64,000 bases of DNA from Octopus sinensis (lineage: Eukaryota): assembly GCF_006345805.1 (NCBI RefSeq), contig NC_043017.1:25358001-25422000 (forward strand), in the 5' to 3' direction. Made by a program: the position numbers and the translations under genes. A model generated the notes under the pieces. It saw only the letters and a list, made by a program, of their open reading frames with translations. It ran no database searches and was not told the DNA's origin. Shown piece by piece: positions 53,890 through 64,000 of the stretch (positions are counted from its first letter, which is position 1; every line of letters begins with the position of its first letter).

Positions 53890-54219
53890 AGGGTGAAGAC
53901 TGCCTTTGGCTATGAATGACCATGGGGTTGCACATAGTTCCCCTTTGAGGTACAAGTCCAGGTAAGGTTGTTTATGGAAGACCAGCAGTCGCCCATGCCT
54001 ACCAGCCTCCCCTCTCCATGCCACCAGTGTTATCCAAGGGAAAGGCAAATGGGCCGATACAGCTTGGCACCTGTGACGTCGCAACTCCTTTCTACAGCTG
54101 AGTGAACTGGAGCAATGTGAAATAAAGTGTCTTGCTCCAGAACACAACGCGCAGCCCGGTCTGGGAATCGAACTCACTACCTCATGATTGCGAGCCTGAT
54201 GCTCTAACCACTGAGCCAT
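53890..54219 (-). mobile_element. tRNA-derived SINE (same family as 31036-31374)
   Basis: A box tggctcagtgg and B box gttcgattccc. Colinear with 31036-31374. Confidence 0.82.
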
Positions 54220-54844
54220 ACAAAAGTAATGTAGAATAAAGTGTCCGGCTCAGAAAACAAATTCCTGGCAACAAGTTTGATCTCTCATTCCATAAACACG
54301 AGGTCCATTGTCTTAATGAGTCTGGCATTCCAGCCTCCACGCAGGATAGTTTGCAGTTTAAGCATTCAGTTTCTGAATCTCATTCACTTCCCTATTTTCT
54401 CTTTGTGTGTGGTGTGTGTGTGTGTGTGTGTGCTTATGTGTGTTTGTGTGTTTGTGTGCGTGTGTGCATACATGACTCTCTCTCTCTCTCACACACTCTA
54501 TCGCTTATGCTTTTTCTCTCTGTCCTGCTCTCTCTTTCTCTCAGCCTTTGTCTTTCTTGCACTCTTTCTCTCTCTCACTCACTCTCTCTCTCTCTAGCGC
54601 TCTCTTTTTTTCTCATCTCTCTCACTCTTTCTCTCATATTATTGCTCTCTACTTCTCTCTCTTCTCTCACTCTCACCTCTTTCTTTTACTCTCATTCTCT
54701 TGTTCTCTTTATTTCTCTCTCTCTCTCTGTCTCTGTCTCGTTTTGCCTTGAGCCATTTTTTCATCCACACCCTCTAACCACTATATGCAAGTGCATACAC
54801 ACACCTACACACACATGCAGTTACATGCTTGTATGTATGTGTGT

Positions 54845-54891
<47 letters not shown>

Positions 54892-55035
54892 TATGAGTGT
54901 GCATACATTCATATATATATATATATATATGTGTGTGTTTGTGTGCGTAATTGTGTGTGTGTGTGCATACATTCATATATATATATATATATATGTGTGT
55001 GTTTGTGTGCGTAATTGTGTGTGTGTGTGCATACA

Positions 55036-55074
<39 letters not shown>

Positions 55075-55498
55075 TTGTGTGCGTAATTGTGTGTGTGTGT
55101 GTGTGTGTGTTGTGTGTGTAATTGTGTGTGTATATACATACACATACGTATGTACAGAACTATTGAATAATATACAATATGTCATCAGGAACCAGCATAT
55201 GTACAAGACAAACAGGTAAGGTGGGAGTCACCTGACTGTGCAGAAACTTAGTGCATGTGCACATGTAATAAGATGCACTTCACAATCCAATTATTACAAC
55301 ACATGCCCCCTCTACTACTACTACTACTGGTGGTGGTGGTGGTAATAGTAATAGTAGTACCACTATCACAGCTGTATTAATTGTCATTGTTGTCATCACT
55401 AAAACCATTCTAGATCCTACCATGACTGCCACAAAAATGTGCATCTGAATAAACACAATTTTGTGTATATGTTTATGTGTATATGCATATGGTGTGTT

Positions 55499-55530
<32 letters not shown>

Positions 55531-55534
55531 ATTA

Positions 55535-55565
<31 letters not shown>

Positions 55566-55633
55566 TGGGTGTGTATGTGTGTATATATATATATGATATA
55601 TATATGTATGGATATATGCATGTGCATGTATAG

Positions 55634-55672
<39 letters not shown>

Positions 55673-55769
55673 ATATATATATTTTATATATATATAAAAA
55701 AAAACAAAAAAAATAAATAATAAAGAAACATATATATATATATTATGTATATGTATGTATGGATATATG

Positions 55770-55801
<32 letters not shown>

Positions 55802-55846
55802 TAGATATATGCATGCGTGTGTGTATATATATAATATACATATATC

Positions 55847-55879
<33 letters not shown>

Positions 55880-56726
55880 GTATGGATATAGGCATGTGTA
55901 TGTATATATATATTATATATATGCACGTGTATGTATATATATGTGTGTGTGTGTGTATATGCATGTGTATTTATATACATATGTGTATGTATGTATATAT
56001 ATATATATATATATATGTGTATGTGTGTATATATAAAGTACAACATATTTACACATACCCAAACGTGCATACACACACACATACACATGTATTTGGAGGT
56101 GGGGTGTGTATCCGAATATGCTTATATTTTCAACTACCCAAACACCCATACACGTATGAACACACATTTATATACATACATGCATGCATATAAGTGTATG
56201 TGTATATGTACTTGTTAATTGTTCTATGCATTTCCATGTACTGTGTGTGTATGTGTGCGCGTGTGTAAGTATTTGAGATCATGTGTGCATCTGTGTGAAA
56301 GTGTGTGCGAATAGGCATGTGCTTGAATGTGTGTTTGTGTGTGTGTGTGTGTTTATCTCTGTGTTTGTCTAAGACACAATATATTACCATACATTTCATG
56401 CAGGATTTTTCATCAGCCGACCTTGTCTTGTCACTGTCTTGACACAAACACATTTTGAACAGCCTTCGAATGTATTTTTGAGAGACAGGAACTTGAAATG
56501 TTCTTTGTGCATGTGTGAATGTATGTATATATGATATTTATATTTACAGATATATTTATGCATACTTATCTACTTGTGTGCTTTTTTTGTGTGTATATAC
56601 ATGCGCACCCACATATATATTCATATTATTTATCCATCCCGCCGTCTCTGTGTGTGTCTGTCTGTTTGTCCATCTGTCCGTCCATCTACACACATAATTT
56701 ATATATATGTATGTATAAATGTGTGC

Positions 56727-56789
<63 letters not shown>

Positions 56790-56792
<3 letters not shown>

Positions 56793-56995
56793 GAATCCAA
56801 ACAAGAAAGCACAAAAAAAAAACAACAACGCGAGGATGTGGAACAAATATAGTATTATTGGACGCTCAGGAAAGAAGGAAAGAAGGAGGGTTTAATGTTT
56901 CGAGCGGAGCTCTTCGTTGGAAACATAGGAGAAGGAAAGATCCAGAGAAGGGAAGACAGAGGAAAAAAATCGCCAATGGTACACACGAGGTCACA
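56790..56995 (-). mobile_element. Penelope-like terminal-repeat fragment with a degenerate hammerhead (56890-56924)
   Basis: Flanked by (TA)n. Minus strand: GUUU-CCAACGA-A-GAGC-UCC-GCUC-GAAA-CA-UU-AAAC. Confidence 0.6.
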
Positions 56996-57493
56996 TTATA
57001 TATATATATAAAATATAGATAAATATATTTGTTTATCTATTCATTCATCTGTCTGTTGACATACACTATTATATTTGTGTGTGTGTGTGTGTGTGAATGT
57101 GCTTCTGTATTTGTGTGTATGTATGTATATGATTATATCCATCCATCAACATGTTGCATGCACATACATAATTATACTTAGGCATGTTGATATTAATATA
57201 TATATATATATGTATATATGTATATATATATATATATATGTATGTATATATATGTACATGTATGTATATATATATGTGTGTGTATATGTATGGATATATA
57301 TGTACATGTATGTATATATATATATATGTATATGTATGTAGTATATATATATGTATATGTATGTATATAATATATATGTATATGTATGTGTGTATATATA
57401 TATATATATATGTATATTTATGTATATATATATGTAGTATTTATTATATGTATATTTATGTATATATATGTATGTATTTATATGTATGTATGT

Positions 57494-57536
<43 letters not shown>

Positions 57537-57660
57537 ATTTATTTATGTATGTATGTATATATATATATATATATGTATATTTATGTATATGTATGTATTT
57601 ATATACGTATGTATGTATGTTCTATATATATATATATATATGTATGTGTATTTATATATG

Positions 57661-57700
<40 letters not shown>

Positions 57701-58358
57701 CTTTATATGTATGTATGTATATATATGATGCTAATGATATATTATATTATATATATATATATATATATAATATATATATATATAGAGGTATAAAATGTGT
57801 ATTTATGTGTATGCATCTACGTTTGTGTGTGCGTATGTACATATGCACGCTCATATGCACACATGCAATATGCATGCATGCGCTGGAGTTTGCATGCAAG
57901 AAGCTTAACGACTTATACAACAATAAATAATTACCTCAAATGTTTTCCCACTTTTTTCATTTGTTTTTTTTTTTTACTTTTTTCTGAAAACAGAAAATAA
58001 ACAAAACAAGCAACTAAAAAAGAACCCCTTAACAATACATTTACTTTTGAGCAAAGGTAAAAAAAACATCCTAAAAACTCATTTTTCTCGTTGATGATTT
58101 TTTTCTTTTTACCTATTCTTCAAATTTTTTTAAATGCATTAACCTACTTTTTTTAAAAAAAAAATTCTTTCTTATATATTTTTTCTTCTATTTTGTAATG
58201 TTATTTTTTTGTTTATATTTTAACGGTCCTCTTTATATTTGTTTTTTATTATTCCTGTTGTATAATAATATAATGCTTACATATGCACTCGTAATATAAA
58301 AGCTATGTTAACAAAGATGATGTTGTTAATAATCATAATGGTGGTTTTTAAAATTAGG

Positions 58359-58399
<41 letters not shown>

Positions 58400-58433
58400 C
58401 GAAATTGAAATCGGAATCGAAATTGAACCAATC

Positions 58434-59021
58434 CTATGACTGGCACCCGGCAGTTGCCAGGACCGCTGGACTGACTCCGGTGCAGGTGGCAAGTGAAGAA
58501 ACACCATTTCGACCCTGTGCTTGAGGAGATCCATTGAGTCAAGTACACCAACATCAAAATCAATGGAAACTGCAGTTGTGATCCTTGAGCCGGTGGCACC
58601 TAAACAGCACCATCCAAAGGTGGCCGATGCCGGCGCCGCCTAGACTGGCTTTCGTGCCGGTGGCATGTAAAAAGTGCTATCCGAATCGTGGCCGGTGCTC
58701 CTGTGCCAGTGGCACGTAAAAAGCACCATCCGAATTGTGGCCGATGCCAGCGCCGCCTTGACTGGCTTCCGTGCCGGTGGCACGTAAAATGCACCAATCC
58801 AATCGTGGCCGTTGCCAGCCTCGCCTGGCACCTGTGCAGGTGGCACATAAAAAGCACCCACTACACTCACGGAGTGGTTGGCGTTAGGAAGGGCATCCAG
58901 CTGTAGAAACACTGCCAGATCAGACTGGAGCCTGGTGCAGCCGCCATGGCTTCCCATACCCCGGTCGAACCATCCAACCCATGCTAGCATGGAGAACGGA
59001 CGTTAAACGATGATGATGATG
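58434..59021 (+). mobile_element. SINE family C, longest copy
   Basis: About 5 internal gccggtggcacgtaaaaagcacc subunits plus the tail gacgttaaacgatgatgatgat. Confidence 0.85.
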
Positions 59022-59111
59022 AATAATGAATACCTCAGCTGCTCATAACATCAGTGCCATCTCCACCTAGATTAATAATGATAGCAATCATTCTTCTTCT
59101 TCTTCTTCTTC

Positions 59112-59730
59112 TTACTATAGGCACAAGGCCTGAAATTTAGGGGAGGGGACTAGTCGATTACTTGACCCCAGTGTTCCATTTGTACTTAATTTATTGACCC
59201 CAAAAAGATGAAAGGCAAAGTCGAACTTGGCGGAATTTCAACTCAGAATGTGAAGATGGACAAAATATCGTTAAGCGTTTTGCTAACAATTCTACCAGCT
59301 TGTCGCCTTCATAATAATAATAATAATAATAATAATAATTTCTTCTAGGCCTGGATTTTGTGGGGTAGGGTACAGTCGATCGTATCGACCCCAGTATTCA
59401 ACTGGTATTTATTTCATCAGCTCTGAAAGGATGAAAGGCAAAGTCGACCTTGGTAGAATTTGAACTCAGAATATAGCAACGGGCAAAAGACCACAAAGAA
59501 TTTCGCCTGGCATGCTAATGCATGTCAGCTCACTGCCTTATTATTGTTAATATTAATAATAGTAATAAATAATCCTCTTATAGGCACATGCCCTGAAATT
59601 TTTTGGGGAGGGGTCTCGTCATTTTCATCAACCTCCAGTGCTTGACTGGTACTTACTTTTTTAAAACCCCAAATGTTGATCTCTGCAGAATTTGAATTCG
59701 GAACATAAGAATGGATAAAATACTGCAAAA
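59112..59730 (-). mobile_element. Cluster of three SINE family A copies
   Basis: gatgaaaggcaaagtcg... / gaatttgaactcagaa motifs are repeated. Confidence 0.7.
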
Positions 59731-59959
59731 CATTGCGTATATAATGCATTTTGAATAGCATGGAGAACAATGAAATGAACAAAACATTTGTTAAAGTTTT
59801 TCAGCTGCTTTTCACAAAAAGATTTTTCAAATTGTAAAGGAAAAAATTCTGAACATTGATTATATGTTGTGCTCTACATAGCACACAATATGAGTATATA
59901 TATATATATATATATATATTTTTATATATATATATATATATATATAACATGATCAATAA

Positions 59960-60170
59960 TATCATCATCATCATCGTTTAATGTCCGTTTTCCATGCTAG
60001 CATGGGTTGGACGGTTCGACTGGGGTTTGAGAAGCCATGGAAGCTGCACCAGGCTCCAGTCTGATCTGGCAGTATTTCTACAGCTGGATGCCCTTCCTAA
60101 CGCCAACCACTCCGTGAGTGTAGTGGGTGCTTTTTATGTGCCACCGGCACAGGTGGCAGGTGAGGCTGGC
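59960..60170 (-). mobile_element. SINE family C 3' portion
   Basis: Reverse complement of about 58810-59021. Confidence 0.82.
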
Positions 60171-60251
60171 ATATGAAGAAAATCATACCTTTAGATTAGA
60201 TCATATCTTAGAAATCCAATGATTGTTTCAACTGCATTAACACACACATAC

Positions 60252-60842
60252 TCTTTTACTTGTTTCAGTCATTTGACTGCGGCCACGCTGGAGCACCACC
60301 TTCAGTCAAGCAAATTGACCCCAGGACTTATTCTTTGTAAGCCTAGTACTTATTCTATCGGTCCCTTTTGCTGAACTGCTTGGTTATGGGGATGTAAACA
60401 CACCAGCATCAGTTGTCAAGCAATGTTGGGGGGACAAACACAGCAATCCACACACACACACATACACACATATGACAAGTTTCTTTCAGTTTCTGTGAAA
60501 TTGGATACAAACTATATAACTGATATTGCACTGGTTACAACGATGAGGGCTCTAGTTGATCCAATCAATGGAACCGTCTGCTTCTGAAATTAACGTACAC
60601 GTGGCTGAGCGTTCCACAAACATGGGTACACTGAATGTAGTTCTGAGGGAGATTCAGTGTAACAGAGAATGTGATGAGGCTGGCCCTTTGACATCCAGGT
60701 GCTATTCGTTTTTGCCAGCTGAGTACACTGGAGCAATGTGAAATAAAGTGTCTTGCTCAAGGACACAATGCGTCACCGGGGTGTGAACTCACGATGATGT
60801 GTTGTGAGCCGAATACCCTAACGATTAAGCCGCGCGTCTTCG
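60252..60842 (-). mobile_element. SINE family B 3' part (60252-60495) and a tRNA-derived SINE (60527-60842)
   Basis: Homology to 24812-25080 and to 41538-41866. Confidence 0.75.
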
Positions 60843-61061
60843 CTAAGTAGACATTAACCATGTAGCATTTAAACTGGCCATGTCTGGCCAAAATATTCAA
60901 CCTCTTTTACGGTCAGACTGATGAAATCTGGTCTCTCAAACTTTACTCTACAATGTCATTGTATGAATAGCTCAAAACAGCCTGAATAAATAAGCATAGC
61001 ATTTAACAGGCCAATCTCAGTGCTATAAAGGGCTAAAACAACGATGATAATGATATGTATC

Positions 61062-61527
61062 TAACTGGCTTCCGTACCAGTGGCGTGTAAAAGGCACCAT
61101 TCGAGTGTGATCATTACCAGTGTCACCTTACTGGCACTTGTGCCCCATGCTAGTGGGGTGCTAAGAGCACCATCCGAGTGTGATGGTTTCCAGAGTGGCT
61201 AAATGGCTTCCGTGCCGGTGGCTCATAAAAGGCACTATTCGAGTGTGATCGTTACCAGCGTCACCTTACTGGCACCTGTACAAGTGGCACATGAAAAAAC
61301 ATTCAAGTGAGGTCGTTGCCAGTACCACTTGACTGGCCCCTGTGCTGGTGGTATGTAAAAGCACCCACTACACTCTCGGAGTGGTTGGTGTTAGGAAGGG
61401 CATCCAGCTGTAGAAACTCTGCCAGATCAAGATTGGAGCCTGGTGCAGCCATCTGGTTCGCCAGTACTCAGTCAAATCGTCCAACCCATGCTAGCATGGT
61501 AAGCGGACGTTAAACGATGATGACGAT
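61062..61527 (+). mobile_element. SINE family C subfamily with a different internal subunit (caccattcgagtgtgatcgttaccag)
   Basis: Same RTE-like 3' module and (GAT)n tail as other family C copies. Confidence 0.8.
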
Positions 61528-61617
61528 GTATCTGATTGGGTTGCCTGCGTTCAGTCTACTGCAGGACGAGGGCCTCAGCATGTTATCGCCACCAGAAAAT
61601 GGCTTGGGATCATACTG

Positions 61618-62944
61618 ATTTAATGAGTCTACTCTGCCCACACTTGTTTGATGAGTCTACCCTGCCCACACATGTTTGATGAGTCTACCCTGCCCACACT
61701 TGTTTGATGAGTCTACCCTGCCCACACTTGTTTGATGAGTCTACTCTGCCCACACTGGTTTGATGAGTCTACCCTGGCAACACATGTTTGATGAGTCTAC
61801 CCTGCCCACACTGGCTTGACATGGTTTAGCAGAGGGATGCTCTGCCCACACTGGTTTGACGAGTCTACTTTGCCCATACTGGTTTGACGAGTCTACTCTG
61901 CCCATACTGGTTTGACGAGTCTACTCTGCCCATACTGGTTTGACGAGTCTACTCTGCCCATACTGGTTTGACGAGTCTACTTTGCCCATACTGGTTTGAC
62001 GAGTCTACTCTGCCCATACTGGTTTGACGAGTCTACTCTGCCCATACTGGTTTGACGAGTCTACTCTGCCCACACTGGTTTGACGAGTCTACTTTGCCCA
62101 TACTGGTTTGACGAGTCTACTCTGCCCATACTGGTTTGACGAGTCTACTTTGCACATACTGGTTTGATGAGTCTGCCCTGTCCACACTGGTTTGATGAGT
62201 CTGCCCTGTCCACACTGGTTTGATGAGTCTGCCCTGTCCACACTGGTTTGATGAGTCTACTCTGCCCACACTGGTTTGATGAGTCTACTCTGCCCACACT
62301 GGTTTGATGAGTCTGCCCTGTTCACACTGGTTTGATGAGTCTACCCTGTCCACACTGGTTTGATGAGTCTACCCTGCCCACACTGGTTTGACGAGTCTAC
62401 TTTGCCCACACTGGTTTGATGAGTCTACTCTGGCCACGATGGTTTGATGAGTCTACTTTGCCCACACTGGTTTGATGAGTCTACTCTGCCCACACTGGTT
62501 TGATGAGTCTACCCTGCCCACACTGGTTTGATGAGTCTACCCTGCCCACACTGGTTTGATGAGTCTACTCTGCCCACACTGGTTTGATGAGTCTACCCTG
62601 CCCACACTGGTTTGATGAGTCTGCCCTGCCCACACTGGTTTGACGAGTCTGCCCTGCCCACACTGGTTTGATGAGTCTACTCTGCCCACACTTGTTTGAT
62701 GAGTCTACCCTGCCCACACTGGTTTGATGAGTCTACCCTGACAACAATGGTTTGACGAGTCTGCCCTGCCCACACTGGTTTGATGAGTCTACTCTGCCCA
62801 CACTTGTTTGATGAGTCTACCCTGCCCACACTGGTTTGATGAGTCTACCCTGCCCACACTGGTTTGATGAGTCTACCCTGCCCACACTGGTTTGATGAGT
62901 CTACCCTGCCCACACTGGCTTGACACGGCTTGGCAGAGGGATGC
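61618..62944. repeat. 28-bp minisatellite (tgatgagtctaccctgcccacactggtt), about 46 units
   Basis: gagtct recurs every 28 bp (for example 61861 and 61889). Confidence 0.96.
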
Positions 62945-63590
62945 AGTTGTTTTGTATTCATAACCTGGGAGTAGTTAATGTCTATGTATATTTATATATT
63001 GAAGAAAAACCTTGCTCAAACATCATATTGTTTGCACTGCAATGAAGCTTGCTCTACATTTCTAGGTATGTAGGGTAGAAATGTTCCAGTGCTCAGCTCC
63101 ATCTAACAGAACACAGAACACAGTTGCAATCAGCTTGGCAGAGCAATCGAGCAAAGCATTGTATGTATGTGTATATGTATGTATGTATGTATCTATGTAT
63201 GCGTGCATGTGCGTCACGTGTACGTACATGTATGTACGTATGTATGTATGTACATGTGCGCGTTTTGTTTTACTTTGTTTTATCAAATTTCATTGGGTGG
63301 TGGCGTGGAAGGAGCGTTCGAGGAGTGATTAGATGTAAACATGGTGAAATAAAACAATGTTTTGATTGGTGGCATGTTTTGTTTTTTTGATTCCGTGCGC
63401 GCGTGTGTGTGTGTGTATATGTATTTATGTCTGTTTATGGACATGTATGTGTATGTGAGTGCATTTTATGATTAGTGTTGCATTTTCAAGTTCCATTTTT
63501 TTTCTATATTTCTTATTCTATTTAATTTGTCTTCATGGCAATATTTTTTTTATTGCTCATGAAGAATTAATAATAGTAGTAGTAATAGGT

Positions 63591-63627
<37 letters not shown>

Positions 63628-63948
63628 TAGTTTCAATAAGTGGTGGTTGTTGAATAATCTGAATGTACATGCGTTTGTGTGTTCATAGATTTGTGAATAC
63701 TTAGAGCTCATTAGCCTATATATATATATTATATATATATATATATGTGTGTCTGTTTGTGTGTGTGTAGAATGTATATCTATAAATATGTATATTTATG
63801 TGTGTGTGTGTATATATATTATATATATATGTGTATGTATGTATATGTCTATATATGTATGTATATGTCTATATATATGTATGTATATGTCTATATATAT
63901 GTATGTATATGTCTATATATATATATATGTTTATGTCTGTATGTATAT

Positions 63949-63982
<34 letters not shown>

Positions 63983-64000
63983 ATTGTGCTTTCTGTGTAA

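Noticed and set aside
61618-62944. Tandem hammerheads or CRISPR (TGATGAG in each unit)
   Set aside because: No GAAA half-core, no helices, and no unique spacers.

Overview
Eukaryotic, AT-rich, microsatellite-saturated DNA. The SINE repertoire points to an octopus (coleoid cephalopod) genome, which is an inference from recalled repeat families. I can support only one host coding exon: a 58-nt + strand exon at 4055-4112 with canonical AG/GT sites. It encodes (G)TRPPLIKNLPPPLEILMT(R), matching kinase subdomain X-XI of TAK1/MAP3K7. The rest is most likely intron, at least about 60 kb downstream, with a 100-N gap at 22874-22973. It holds several tRNA-derived or RTE-tailed SINE families, 3' ends of R4/Dong-like, RTE and CR1 LINEs, mariner fragments, TTAA-flanked piggyBac-type MITEs, non-autonomous Helitrons and a Helentron-like element, and two large minisatellites (26 bp and 28 bp units). 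The most notable non-coding features are three minimal type-I hammerhead ribozyme motifs in Penelope-like fragments, a near-perfect 134-bp-arm hairpin, a SINE-derived satellite with higher-order repeats, and retroelements apparently targeting (TAA)n. Nearly all ORFs in the supplied track are artefacts of simple repeats. Repeat boundaries are approximate, and family names come from memory, not database searches.
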